IMG/VR virus record: IMGVR_UViG_3300033153_004222
Span: 1-64,000 of that record
Length of the DNA: 64,000 nt
Reading direction: 5' to 3' (one strand)
From: a virus
Shown here: positions 37,043 through 48,200 of the stretch, one piece after another
Position numbering within the stretch: the stretch's first letter is position 1
Layout of the letters: each line of letters begins with the position of its first letter
Translations under genes and position numbers: made by a program
Notes under the pieces: model-generated
The model's input: the letters and a program-made list of their open reading frames with translations, nothing else
What the model was told of the DNA's origin: nothing
Database searches by the model: none

Positions 37043-38092
37043 ATGTATAATATGAATGAACTATTGACATTTGATAGCCTCCTTAAAAAAGTAGAACCAT
37101 ATCAAATATTTGCTTATTACATAGGAAAAGACATCAAACTCAATAAAGTACTTCAAAGTCCCTTAAGAAAGGACAAAAAGCCAAGTTTTAGTATTCATAT
37201 TTCCAGAACCGGATATATGTATTATAATGATTGGGCAACTGGAGATTGGGGAGGTGCTATTCAATTTGTAATGAAGCTTTTAAATTTATCTGATATGTAT
37301 TCAGCTGCAGCTCAAATTAACTCTGATATGAATGCAGGGTTACTTGATGATAGGATGGACACAAATGGTAATATAGAGTATAAAGGATTTAAAACTCATT
37401 TCAAACAAGAAGAAATAGAAAAAATTGCTAAGAATACAGCAAGTGATGTTAAAATTTCTGTTAGAAGATGGGAAAAAAATGATTTAAAATATTGGGCAAG
37501 TTTTGGAATTACAGAACGAATATTAACATATTATAATGTTTTTCCTTGTCAAAGAGTATTTTTAAATAAAATGGTGATATATGTTAATAATCCCAGAGTA
37601 TTTAAACCTGCTTATGCCTATGCATTTTATAAAGATAGTGAGTATACTTATAAGATTTATCAGCCAATGAACCCAGATTATAAATGGACATCCAATGTGG
37701 ATTTTTCTGTTTTACAAGGATGGGATCAAATGCCTGAAACACATAAAGTATTAATACTTACCAAATCTTTGAAAGATGTAATGACTTTAAGGTCATTAGG
37801 AATTCCTGCATTAGCAACTCAAGGAGAGCTAATGGGTGTAAAACCGCATATATATCAACAACTAAAAGAACGATTTAAAGAAATTTATTTGTTATTTGAT
37901 TTTGATTATGGTGGAGTTAAAGGAACTCAAAAACTAAGAAAACTTATACCAGAATTAAAATTCTTTTTTATACAGAATTTAAGTCATAGAACTGATGGAT
38001 TTAAAGATATAAGTGATTTTAGAGTAGAGCATACATCAAAGGAATGTTTAGATCATTTGAGAAAATGTTTAGTTAACTGGAATAAAAAATAG
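37043..38092 (+). CDS. DNA primase (TOPRIM, crAss-like)
   Basis: SPLRKDKKPSF, TKSLKDVM, LLFDFDYGG, KDISD. Confidence 0.8.
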   Translation: MYNMNELLTFDSLLKKVEPYQIFAYYIGKDIKLNKVLQSPLRKDKKPSFSIHISRTGYMYYNDWATGDWGGAIQFVMKLLNLSDMYSAAAQINSDMNAGLLDDRMDTNGNIEYKGFKTHFKQEEIEKIAKNTASDVKISVRRWEKNDLKYWASFGITERILTYYNVFPCQRVFLNKMVIYVNNPRVFKPAYAYAFYKDSEYTYKIYQPMNPDYKWTSNVDFSVLQGWDQMPETHKVLILTKSLKDVMTLRSLGIPALATQGELMGVKPHIYQQLKERFKEIYLLFDFDYGGVKGTQKLRKLIPELKFFFIQNLSHRTDGFKDISDFRVEHTSKECLDHLRKCLVNWNKK

Positions 38093-38096
38093 AAAA

Positions 38097-38588
38097 ATGG
38101 GATATACACATTATTGGGACCGATCTACAAAACTTAAACAAAGTAAATTTGAAGAGTTTATTGAAAAGGTCAAAAAGATAGTAGATGGAATTAAAAAAGA
38201 AGGTGCTATCGGAGGAGTTTATTATGAGGATAAAGAAGTTATTCTTTCTGGATTAGAAGGAAAAGATGATCCTTGTATAAACGAACATAGAGTTGTATTT
38301 AATGGAGATGTTGAAAATGGTTTAGGCCATGAAACATTTGTCATTGAAAATAGCTCTGGAGAGCTTATAGATAAATTTAATTTCTGTAAGACAGCGAGGA
38401 AGCCATATGATATAGCTGTAACAGCGTCATTAATAGCTTTTAAGCAAACATTTCCTTATGCAGTAGAGATAAGTTCTGATGGAGAACCTTCAGAATGGGG
38501 AGATGGTTTAACACTTTATAATAAAGTGGTAGCCAAAAATGATACTGTAGATAGCAATGTTTTAAATAAATGGTTAAACGCAAAATAG
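38097..38588 (+). CDS. Conserved phage hypothetical protein (MGYTHYW type)
   Basis: MGYTHYW, HETF, FCKTARKPYD, SSDG. Confidence 0.7.
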   Translation: MGYTHYWDRSTKLKQSKFEEFIEKVKKIVDGIKKEGAIGGVYYEDKEVILSGLEGKDDPCINEHRVVFNGDVENGLGHETFVIENSSGELIDKFNFCKTARKPYDIAVTASLIAFKQTFPYAVEISSDGEPSEWGDGLTLYNKVVAKNDTVDSNVLNKWLNAK

Positions 38589-38595
38589 AAAAATT

Positions 38596-39114
38596 ATGTC
38601 AAGGATACTTTACAAAATAACTATACCGGAATTTAAGACACATGTAAGGCAATCCAAGAATAAATGGAGGAAAATAAATGGACAATCAATATATACAGGA
38701 GCTCACCATAGGGTGAGGCATATATTTATGGAACAAATGCATAAATATTTGTCTGTATATATTCCATTTATGGAAGAATCTATTAAATCTCAACCATTAG
38801 AAATCCATTTACATGTTTATGCTCCAATAAATTACGGAGATGTTAAACGAATGCGAGGCAAATTAGCCTGGAAACCAGCTAAAGAAGGATATACTCCTAC
38901 ATGGGATCTGGATAATTTCGCCTGGATATGGATAAAAGGCATACAAGATGTATTACAAAAAAAAGGCATTATAAAAGACGATTCAGTACAGTTTATAAGA
39001 AGAGTTAGTTATGAATTTAGCCCTATAGACGATTTAGTCAAAAGGAAATTAGTAATAACTATACTACAATCTGCTCCCGTATGGGTTCGGATATGGAATA
39101 AATTATTTAATTAA
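38596..39114 (+). CDS. RusA-like Holliday junction resolvase
   Basis: DLDN...KGIQDVL...GIIKDDS catalytic pattern. Confidence 0.7.
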   Translation: MSRILYKITIPEFKTHVRQSKNKWRKINGQSIYTGAHHRVRHIFMEQMHKYLSVYIPFMEESIKSQPLEIHLHVYAPINYGDVKRMRGKLAWKPAKEGYTPTWDLDNFAWIWIKGIQDVLQKKGIIKDDSVQFIRRVSYEFSPIDDLVKRKLVITILQSAPVWVRIWNKLFN

Positions 39115-39126
39115 AACTTAAAAAAA

Positions 39127-39945
39127 ATGAAAAGTAAAGATTTATTACTTCTTGATGGAGATATTATTCTCTATCGAAGTGCCTTTGCTTGTAAAGAAAT
39201 GTCCAATTGGGCAGATGTAAAAGATTATATATGGAAGTTTATGACTGATCTATGTAATGATCTTGATACATCTGAATATATTGGATTTCTTCAAGGAAGG
39301 AAAAACTTCAGAAATGAAGTTGCTACTCAAGCCGAGTATAAAGGCAATAGAAAATCAAAACCTAAACCGTTTTGGTATAGTAATATCAGACAACATTTAA
39401 TGGATTCTTATGAATTTCATGTTGTAGATGGTATGGAAACTGATGATGCTTTAACAATTTTACAAAATAGAATGTCAGATAGACAGCCTGTTATATGTAG
39501 TATTGATAAAGATCTATTACAATCTCCTGGTAAACATTATAATTTTAGTAGCCAGGAAATATCTATAGTAACTAAGGATATGGCTCTCTATCTATTAGCT
39601 ACACAGGTAATAGTAGGAGATAGTACAGATAATATAAAAGGTTTACATAGAATAGGCCCTAAGAAAGCAGAAGTTATTTTAAAAGATTCAGAGAATCCTT
39701 TAGAAACTGCACTTACAGCTTATAGTAATTTCTATGCTACAAAAGAAGGGGATACTGAGGGAACCTTCTTAAAAGCAGTAAAACATTTTGCTGAAACTTT
39801 TGAACTTGTTTATCTTTTGCGTGAATTGGATGAGGAAAAATTTCCAACTCCTGAAATTAATAATTTATATAACCTTGAAAATCCCTTAGACTATGGAGCT
39901 GGACTCAAAATTGCCGCACAGGCTGGTGAAACCATCTTTGATTAA
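39127..39945 (+). CDS. 5'-3' exonuclease (FEN / T7 gp6-like)
   Basis: DGDI, YKGNR, ETDD, SIDKDL, GDSTDNIKGL..IGPKKA. Confidence 0.9.
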   Translation: MKSKDLLLLDGDIILYRSAFACKEMSNWADVKDYIWKFMTDLCNDLDTSEYIGFLQGRKNFRNEVATQAEYKGNRKSKPKPFWYSNIRQHLMDSYEFHVVDGMETDDALTILQNRMSDRQPVICSIDKDLLQSPGKHYNFSSQEISIVTKDMALYLLATQVIVGDSTDNIKGLHRIGPKKAEVILKDSENPLETALTAYSNFYATKEGDTEGTFLKAVKHFAETFELVYLLRELDEEKFPTPEINNLYNLENPLDYGAGLKIAAQAGETIFD

Positions 39946-40474
39946 ATTAAAAGATGTAAAAGCAACAAAGACAACAGATTTTATGTTGCCTTTGTTTGGA
40001 TTTACTAAGAATTATTATTCTCCTTTTTTGATTAACGCCTATTTGGGAGATAATGATACAGGAGGAATAGCTCCTGAACAAATATTAATACTTCTTAGTA
40101 ACCATCGTATGGATTTACGATATGTAAGAATAGAAGATACTATTAAAAGTTTGGCTGAATATGTAGATTATTATGATGTTTTAGATTCAAGAATGACTTT
40201 GTTTGTTCTGAATATTCCTGATGAATATATAAATGAATACCATTATTTTGTTCAAGGTAAATATTCTAAATTTTCAGAGGCAGCCCAAGTTAAAATAGTA
40301 AAAGGAAGATCTCCTGATAGCTCTATGCCGTATATTTTTAAAAAAGATCCGGTATTAAAAAACTATTGGGAAACTAAATTGAACTCTGAATTGGAAAAAC
40401 AGGCAGAAGTATGGCCTATTTTAACACCAGATGAGGAAATATTTGATAAAAATAAATTTTTAAAAAATGATTAA
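39893..40474 (+). CDS. Hypothetical protein
   Basis: 193 aa; F.QGKYSKFS motif. Confidence 0.6.
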   Translation: MELDSKLPHRLVKPSLIKLKDVKATKTTDFMLPLFGFTKNYYSPFLINAYLGDNDTGGIAPEQILILLSNHRMDLRYVRIEDTIKSLAEYVDYYDVLDSRMTLFVLNIPDEYINEYHYFVQGKYSKFSEAAQVKIVKGRSPDSSMPYIFKKDPVLKNYWETKLNSELEKQAEVWPILTPDEEIFDKNKFLKND

Positions 40475-40487
40475 AACTAAAAAATAA

Positions 40488-41612
40488 ATGTATACGATTG
40501 GAAAAGCACCCATTAGGGTAAGAACCCCTATTACTGAGCCAGTTCCAGAGCCAGTAATAGTAGAACCTGTTGTAGTAGAAGAACCTACCGCAGAAGAACC
40601 TGGACAAACTACTGTAGAGGAAGTTAAAATTATAGAAGAGCTTGTGGAAGAAATTCCTATACCTGCTCAAACTCAACTTTCTTTAGAGGAACCAGCTGCT
40701 GCCCCTAAACCTCCCTCAAGTGCATTTAACTTAGGAGGATTTGGAGAATTTTTTGGAAAAGCTCTTGAAGAGCTTATCAAAGAAAAAGCAGAGGAATTAA
40801 AACCTGAAGTATTAGAAATACTTAAAGCAGAATTACAAAAACTTAAACCTACTAATATAAGGATTACCGGAAGGAAATCTACAGGGCAAGTAGTTGGATA
40901 TAAACATAAAATGTTTAGAGAATCTGTATTTCTATGCGAACAGGAACGACAATTAATGCTTGTAGGACCTGCTGGAAGTGGTAAAACTACTTTAGCATCT
41001 CAAATTTCAGAAGCATTTTCTATCCAGTTTGGACATATTTCATGTTCTGCAGGAATGAGTGAAGCTCATTTATTGGGAAGAATGCTTTTTGATGGAACAT
41101 ATGTTCCTTCAGAGTTCGTAAAATGTTATGAACAAGGAGGTGTTTTCTTATTTGATGAAATTGATGCGGCTGATTCTAATACTTTATTAGTTGTAAATTC
41201 TGCATTAGCAAATGGATATATGTCTGTTCCTAATAGAAAAGACGATCCAATTGCCACAAGACATGAAGATTTCATTTGTATTGTAGCAGGAAACTCTTGG
41301 GGATATGGTTCTAATTCATATCAAGGTAGAGGATATCTTGATGCTGCTTTCTTAGATAGATTTGCAGTATGTAAGATTGAAATTGAATATGATGAAGAAT
41401 TAGAGAGAGATATCGCAGGTGAGCATGATATTGTATTAGAACGTATGTGGGAAATACGAAAAATAATTACCCAAAATAGAATGAAAAGAATTATGTCTAC
41501 TCGTTCTATAGTTTCTGCAATCAGACAAACCATAGCTGGTCGATCCTTAAAACAGATTGAAAAAGTATTTACTACTGGCTGGGCTAAAGATGAGAAGCGA
41601 AAGATTTCTTAA
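40488..41612 (+). CDS. MoxR/CbbQ-like AAA+ ATPase
   Basis: GPAGSGKT, FLFDEID, AGN, LDAAFLDRF, STR; Pro/Glu-rich N-terminus. Confidence 0.85.
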   Translation: MYTIGKAPIRVRTPITEPVPEPVIVEPVVVEEPTAEEPGQTTVEEVKIIEELVEEIPIPAQTQLSLEEPAAAPKPPSSAFNLGGFGEFFGKALEELIKEKAEELKPEVLEILKAELQKLKPTNIRITGRKSTGQVVGYKHKMFRESVFLCEQERQLMLVGPAGSGKTTLASQISEAFSIQFGHISCSAGMSEAHLLGRMLFDGTYVPSEFVKCYEQGGVFLFDEIDAADSNTLLVVNSALANGYMSVPNRKDDPIATRHEDFICIVAGNSWGYGSNSYQGRGYLDAAFLDRFAVCKIEIEYDEELERDIAGEHDIVLERMWEIRKIITQNRMKRIMSTRSIVSAIRQTIAGRSLKQIEKVFTTGWAKDEKRKIS

Positions 41613-41694
41613 TTATAAGGCAAACTGACCGTAACAAAGTTACACGCGATACACTATTGCGGTTGGTTTGCTTTTCATTTAAAAAAAACATAAA

Positions 41695-42759
41695 ATGATA
41701 GAATTTAAACCAAAAGAAACAGATCTGGTACTGGATAAAAGACCAAGATACCCGGATTTACACAAACATTTAAGTGAGGTTCGGTCTATTGTATTTAAAG
41801 ATGATGCTGATAATATTCATGATTTTTTAGAATTTGATTCTTTGTATCATTTTATAGATACTATGGAAGAGCATTATAGAGATCATAGTTTAAGAAGCAT
41901 ATTGAATGACACTCATAGCGGAGATAACGGAGATTTTAATTATTCTGGTAATAGTAAATGGACATACGGATCTACTTTTAAAAATAGAGTAGCTACTAAA
42001 GAAGCTTTATTGACTTCTGATGTTCCTGATACTATGTGGAAAATTATAGATAAACTTCGTGATTCTTTATTAGCATTAGAAGAAGTTCAAAGATTAATTG
42101 ATATGGCCCCTTCAATTAAGAAACAAAGAAAGTTTGGGCTCTCTGGAGATGAATTAGATATAGACAGAATCCTCGCTGGTGATCCTCATCATTGGCAATA
42201 TACAACTAAAGGTCGTAAGACCAATGTTGTGCGAATAGGGTTAAATATCGCTATGTCTTGTTCAAATAGTGCAGATAAATTTCTTAAAATAGTTGCATTA
42301 GCTTCTGTTGCTGCTGATCTGGTTATAAAAGCTGGATGTAGTTTAGAATTTATTTTATGCGGATTATCTACTCATGTAGGTACAGAGCACTCAAATCCTT
42401 ATGTAGATCCTGATGGAAGTACTATAGGAAATTTATCTAACGGATTTAGTGGTCCTATAATGGCTATTAAAAAGGCAGAGGAACCTTTTGATATTTCAAG
42501 AATAGCTTGTTTAGGTTTGCCTGGACTTTTCAGACATTATATGTTTGTATCAAGAACGGCATATTTCAGTAGTCAGGTTGATTCTGGAATGGGACAATCC
42601 CACCCTTTAAGTAAAGAACTTTATGAACGTATTGGTCTTAAACATGTTATTGGTTTTAAATTAGTAACAGGTGATGATGAACAGTATGATCAAAAAGTAT
42701 TTCTTAGAGGTATTTTTGATGAAATTGCTGGAATTAAAGTTCCGCAAGAAAATATTTAG
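41695..42759 (+). CDS. vWA-like partner of the AAA+ ATPase
   Basis: GDELDIDRILAG pre-vWA motif, degenerate MIDAS-like NIAMSCS; adjacent to the MoxR-type gene. Confidence 0.6.
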   Translation: MIEFKPKETDLVLDKRPRYPDLHKHLSEVRSIVFKDDADNIHDFLEFDSLYHFIDTMEEHYRDHSLRSILNDTHSGDNGDFNYSGNSKWTYGSTFKNRVATKEALLTSDVPDTMWKIIDKLRDSLLALEEVQRLIDMAPSIKKQRKFGLSGDELDIDRILAGDPHHWQYTTKGRKTNVVRIGLNIAMSCSNSADKFLKIVALASVAADLVIKAGCSLEFILCGLSTHVGTEHSNPYVDPDGSTIGNLSNGFSGPIMAIKKAEEPFDISRIACLGLPGLFRHYMFVSRTAYFSSQVDSGMGQSHPLSKELYERIGLKHVIGFKLVTGDDEQYDQKVFLRGIFDEIAGIKVPQENI

Positions 42760-42761
42760 TT

Positions 42762-43106
42762 ATGATAAATGGATTTGAAGAAGAAACTGAAGAACTAAAT
42801 GACTACGAGAAGGATACCCTTTTACCTTTAATGGTAAAGGGGCTAACCCCTCGTTTTGGTTCTGATAAAGCCATTACAAATAAACAAATGCGTGAAGGTT
42901 TGAAAAAATTGGATCATATTGTTAGTGATGCCAGAGTAAGAAAATTAATAAATTATATAAGGATGCATCAACTTGTAGTTAATTTGATAAGTAGTAGCCG
43001 AGGCTATTATAGAACAAATTCTATGGAAGAATTGGAAAATTATATAGAATCATTAATGCAAAGAGCTTCTTCAATAGAAGAGGTTGCAAAAAGTTTTAGA
43101 AGATGA
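42762..43106 (+). CDS. Winged-helix-like protein
   Basis: AITNKQM...DARVRKLINYIR...SSSRGYY. Confidence 0.6.
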   Translation: MINGFEEETEELNDYEKDTLLPLMVKGLTPRFGSDKAITNKQMREGLKKLDHIVSDARVRKLINYIRMHQLVVNLISSSRGYYRTNSMEELENYIESLMQRASSIEEVAKSFRR

Positions 43107-43369
43107 AACAAAAATATACATATGCAAAACTATCTGCTCCCGAAATGGCATCTGTTCTTGTATTTAATAAAGTAGTTGTGTTGCTACCTAAAGAAGATAC
43201 TCGTAAAGGATGGATGGTGGTTCAATTAGTAGACGAGCATAAAGAACCATATGGTTTTCCTTTTCCTGTAAAAGTAAAATATTTAATAGAACATAAATTT
43301 GAAAAGTATGGAACGGAAGAAGAACTCTTGGGAAGTGAATCAGATTCCGAAAGGTACGAAAATTGGTGA
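43103..43369 (+). CDS. Hypothetical protein
   Basis: 88-aa ORF with ATGA overlap. Confidence 0.5.
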   Translation: MKQKYTYAKLSAPEMASVLVFNKVVVLLPKEDTRKGWMVVQLVDEHKEPYGFPFPVKVKYLIEHKFEKYGTEEELLGSESDSERYENW

Positions 43370-43514
43370 TTATTACCTTTTTTATGAATTTGATCATTAT
43401 TACTTAGTAAGTAAACTTGATAGTGGAAAAAAATTATTTATGATTACTAAAGATGATTTATCTGATTTAGTAAAACAAGAGGAAATTAATAAGACAAAGG
43501 AGGGCGACTTATAA
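43299..43514 (+). CDS. Hypothetical protein
   Basis: Last plus-strand ORF before the convergence point. Confidence 0.45.
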   Translation: MKSMERKKNSWEVNQIPKGTKIGDYYLFYEFDHYYLVSKLDSGKKLFMITKDDLSDLVKQEEINKTKEGDL

Positions 43515-43531
43515 AAGTTACCCCCCTTTTG
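43495..43531. terminator. Hairpin at the convergence of plus and minus blocks
   Basis: AAAGGAGGGCGAC...GTTACCCCCCTTT imperfect stem. Confidence 0.45.
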
Positions 43532-43547
43532 CTGTTGTCAAGGAGTA

Positions 43548-44135
43548 TCAATCGAAATCTGATTCTTCTAATAAGGTATAAGTAAAACTATTTCCCCAAT
43601 TTTCTGCAGCTTGTTTAAAGATATTCATTTCTATTTTAAAAATAGACTCAGTAGGTTGTACTTGACATCCGGCACTCCATTTATCTACTCTGGTACTATT
43701 TTTTCCTGCTTTATGGTGGTTTATACCAAATAAGCCTGTATCTGTTTTTCCAGAAGAAGTGATTAAATGATCTTTATCATTATCTCTGTAGACAGTACAA
43801 GGTTTAACCTGGCGTAATGCATCATATTTCCCCTGGTGTTTTCCAATTGCCCACATTCCTCTGTATTGCCCTGGCTTTAAGATTGCTGTTCCTTTAACAT
43901 TCATAGGATTTTCTCTCCAATAATGCCCAGGATCTGTCGTTATTGGAAATATCATAGTGTTCCAATATCCCATATATTTCCATAAAAGACACATATGGTC
44001 ATTGAAGCTGTTAGAATTAGTATCATTTGTTCTAATTCCTATAATATTAATATTAAAATTCTTATGGTCTTGTTCAAAGACTACATAATTTTTTATTTTT
44101 AATACTCTTACAATTGCTAATACATTTAAATTCAT
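43548..44135 (-). CDS. Putative endolysin (His/Cys peptidase-like)
   Basis: GIR, TTDPG, AILKPGQY, VYRDND, FGINHH, WSAGCQV. Confidence 0.65.
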   Translation of the reverse strand: MNLNVLAIVRVLKIKNYVVFEQDHKNFNINIIGIRTNDTNSNSFNDHMCLLWKYMGYWNTMIFPITTDPGHYWRENPMNVKGTAILKPGQYRGMWAIGKHQGKYDALRQVKPCTVYRDNDKDHLITSSGKTDTGLFGINHHKAGKNSTRVDKWSAGCQVQPTESIFKIEMNIFKQAAENWGNSFTYTLLEESDFD

Positions 44136-44152
44136 AATTTAATTTTAATTAA

Positions 44153-45208
44153 TTAAGTATGTTCTAAAAATATATCAAAGTCATATACTTTAGTTACAGC
44201 TGTAGCAGGTATAGTTATAATAAAAGTATAATAATAATTTGTAAAAGGTCCTATACCTATACTATCAGTTGGAGGAGGTGGAACTTGTACTAAATTAGCA
44301 GGTTGAATTTTATATAATGTTCCTACATCTCCTATTTCTACAGGAACATTTAATGGTCCACTTGGAACAAATAATCCGCCAAATAAATGTACACCAGAAG
44401 CAGTATAGTTATTCATTCCTGCTCCATTACCATAAGCCACATATCTACCCACAGCTGGAACTTGATTTGGTGCTGGACTATCTGCTGCAATAAAATTTGA
44501 ATATACTTTAGTGGTTACTAATGTTTTTTCAGGATTAAAATTTGCAGTTGCCCAATAATCTTGCCCCGGAGTAAAAGTCAAAGTAGTTATTCCATTTATA
44601 TTTATATCATTCCACCAATTTGGTCCAGGAGGATTAATTAATTGAGCTCCCGGATTACCAACTCCATACGCATTTGTATTGGAAGGTCCATTTGTATGAG
44701 AAACACTTATTCTTAAAACTTGAATTTGTCCGGTAGCAGGTGGAGTCCAGGTCCAAGCTCCGGGCAGAGGATTTGCAGTACAATAAAAAACATATGCACT
44801 ACCATCATTTGGAATTGAGGCAGATCCATTAACTACACCGTTTATTTCTCCACCTACTACAGATGGAAAAACTAATATCGGCATTGTTGAGTTATTTATA
44901 AAGACTACTTGTCTGCCACTAACAGGATCAGGTAGTCTTGTAGCTAAATCTGTTATAGTTGATGTAGCTATTAAATTAACACCATAAATAGCTTGGGATG
45001 TAGAAGCTATAGTAGTTCCTTGTAAAACTAATGTTTGAACATCTGAAGTATCATTTTCTTCTAAATCTTCATAAATTTTACTTACAATATTATCTACACT
45101 ATGAGGTCTTACATAGGTATCATATGTATAATTATCATCAGCTGGAGGGCTTATTTGTGCTCCTTTTTTAAGTAGAGCTAATTCTTCAGGAGTGTATTTA
45201 AGGGCCAT
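44153..45208 (-). CDS. Putative virion fibre or accessory protein
   Basis: RLPDPVSGRQVVFINN..PILVFP...GEING resembles a tail-fibre repeat; Pro/Gly/Asn-rich beta content. Confidence 0.5.
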   Translation of the reverse strand: MALKYTPEELALLKKGAQISPPADDNYTYDTYVRPHSVDNIVSKIYEDLEENDTSDVQTLVLQGTTIASTSQAIYGVNLIATSTITDLATRLPDPVSGRQVVFINNSTMPILVFPSVVGGEINGVVNGSASIPNDGSAYVFYCTANPLPGAWTWTPPATGQIQVLRISVSHTNGPSNTNAYGVGNPGAQLINPPGPNWWNDININGITTLTFTPGQDYWATANFNPEKTLVTTKVYSNFIAADSPAPNQVPAVGRYVAYGNGAGMNNYTASGVHLFGGLFVPSGPLNVPVEIGDVGTLYKIQPANLVQVPPPPTDSIGIGPFTNYYYTFIITIPATAVTKVYDFDIFLEHT

Positions 45209-45250
45209 AATATTTAATTTAATTTTTTAAATTTTCTATTCTTCTTTTAG

Positions 45251-48200
45251 TTATTTCCATAACATCCATTTCAATCTATTTTCAGGAGCTGTCATTGCTC
45301 TTATTTCTTTCCACATAGGTATACTCTCATCAAATTGCTTCCATATTTTAGCATCTCCTTCATCATATAAACCTGTATCTCTTGTATATCGTGGGATATC
45401 TCCTTCTGTTATTAAAGATGTTCCCATTCCAAAAATACTTCCTACAGTTCGAGCTATATGTTCTACTGTACTCATTGAAGCTGATGGAGATTTTAGAATT
45501 TGTAATGCTTCTTTTATATTCCAAGGCATATACATTTTCATTTCTGCATTTAATCTATGTAATTGAAATAATACCATATTTTCTACCCAATTTCTTTCAT
45601 CATCTTCATCGTCTAATCCTGCTAACATTCCTATAAGTATGGTAATACCTAACATAATAGTACCCTCTGCATAAGATCGTCTAATGTTTTGTTTTTGCCA
45701 ATCTTTTAAGCCTCCTTTAGTATCATTATAAGCAGCTACCCAACCTACTTGATTAGCTTTATGATTTTTAAAGACATTTCTAAAAAATTTAAATACTGTT
45801 AAATAATTTCCTTCTTCGTATGACTCTAATCGTTGGTTAAATCGTGTAGATCCCCATCTTCTTTTTATAGAAGGATATAACCATTTTCTAAATAATATTG
45901 CTAACCTACCTGCCCAAACATACTGAGCATTTATAAGATCCTGGCTATTATATACTCCATGAAGTTTTTGACTTACTTGTTTTATTTTTTGTGAATCTTT
46001 TATTAATTGTTCTTCAGTATAATCTACTACATCATCGCTTAATACTAATTTTCCATTTTTATCTTGTTGATACGCATCAAATAATTTTATTTCTTTTCCG
46101 CTTTTTGTTTTAACCATTTTACCTTTAAGGAAAGCTATCATAAGAGTTACTTGTATCTCATGCTCTCCTCCTTTTTGCATAAAAAACATTGCATTTGTAT
46201 TGAGCAATCTTTTCCAAAGTTTATTTCCGGTAATAGGAGTTCCATATTCATCATATTCTTGAAGACCATCATATAAACGAACCAGCTGACCTAATTTACT
46301 TTTAGGAGTTTTATGATTTATATCACTTAAAAATCCCATCATACTTCCTAAATATGTTTTTTGAGCAGAAATAAAAGTCTTTTTATCAAAATGTTGTCCT
46401 GCATGAGCCTCTACAAAATTCATTGTTTTGCCCATAGTAACATTAGAAATTCCTGAAAATAAGTTAAAAGCTAATGTTCTCATACTACTATACTTATTCA
46501 GAGCATCAGCTAATTTTGTTTTAACAAATCTTTTATTTCCTATTTGAATTTCTGAAGAATCTTTTCTCATTCCATAGAATACCATGTCCATATACATATC
46601 AAATTGCTTATATCCATTGGTTTCATTTCCTTGCATTGTATCTGCTCGTTGCATAGGAGTTCCATGTTTCTTTCCTTTAACCGTGTTTATAAGTCCTCCT
46701 GTAGTTTTTGCTACTTGTCTGTTAGATAATAGATCTCTTAGAATTTCAAGTTCAGCTGCAATAGTATTCATCTGACTATTATTTATAGCCATCGCACCAA
46801 AAGCAGATAGACTATTTCCTAAATCATAGGATAATTCTCCTGGAGGAATCATTCCTTTTTTTTCTCCAATTTGAGCATGGTATAATACCGGAACAAATCT
46901 ATGATCTCTAACTTGTTTTTCAGTACCTGGCTCACCAAACCCTACATCATCTGCTTGTAGTGTTGTAGCATCTTTTATTTCTTCTCCTAAAACTCTAATA
47001 ATTCCTTGTTTTCCAGCTACTCTTTCATGGGCTCTTGCTCTTATAGAAGGTAAGTTTAATCCTCTATTAAATTGATACGGAAGCTTTTTTTGAAGTTTAT
47101 AATAGGTTTGAGTAAAATATTCATAATATTCAAACTCTTTAGAATCTTTTCCAAACTTTTTAAGAGCAGTATCATAATTTATAAGCCTTCCATCTGTTTC
47201 TCCTTTATCATCTTTAGCATAGAAAATATCATATAAAGCTTTAGGATCTCCTATTCTAATTCCTTGATTTGCTCTAAATTTTTCAAATGCATTTATTTTA
47301 GCATACAGTTCATCTTCAAATCTATTAGTTTCTAATCTTCCTTTTTCTTTTTGTTCATTAACCATTTTAGCTCCTAATGCAATTATTTGATCAGAAGATT
47401 CTGCTAAAGTTTCTACCCATCTGGTAAAAGAATTTGTATCTGTTAGTCCTTTTTCAAGCTGACTTTCTATATCTGCTTCAGTTAAATCCGTATTTGCATT
47501 TAGTTTTTGTAAAACTTTCGCTAAAAGAGGTCTGCCTATTTTTTTAAAGTCTGCATTAATTGTATTAATTAAGTTATCAAATCCTGCTTTAAACATCATC
47601 TGTTTCTCTGGAGCAATAACTGTTTTGAATTCTTCTGATTCTTTAATTTCATCTAATAAAGCACGGATAAAATCAATATTATATATCTCTACATATCTTT
47701 TATATCTCAAAAGCTCTTTGGCATCTATCTCATCCCCTGCTTCCATAGCAGCTAATAAAGATTTGAATTTTTTTCTTACAAATAATAAATCTGTTTGAGC
47801 TTTTCCTAAAAAGTTTAACATGGCTAAGTTCTTTTCCTTTCCATCTAAAAGAACATTCATATATTTTAAATTTTCAATTATTTTAGCCACTTTAGGATCT
47901 CCTCTTTTACCGGAACGCTCAATAGCTTTTATTTTAAGCTCTATAGAGTTTTTAGTATCAATAATTACATCCTGAATATTACTTATTTCTTCTTTTATCT
48001 CTGCTTGGGGTGCTTCTTCTTCTGTTTTTTCTTCTTCTTTTTCCTCTGTCTGTTCTTTTTTTATAATTTCTGCATCATCTTCTATATCAGGAGTTTCTGT
48101 TTGTTGATAATATACTGTATCAGTCATATTATTTGCAGAAAGACCAGTAGCATCTCCATTTAATATATTAGATGCTAATTCTCCATATACAGCTCTAACC

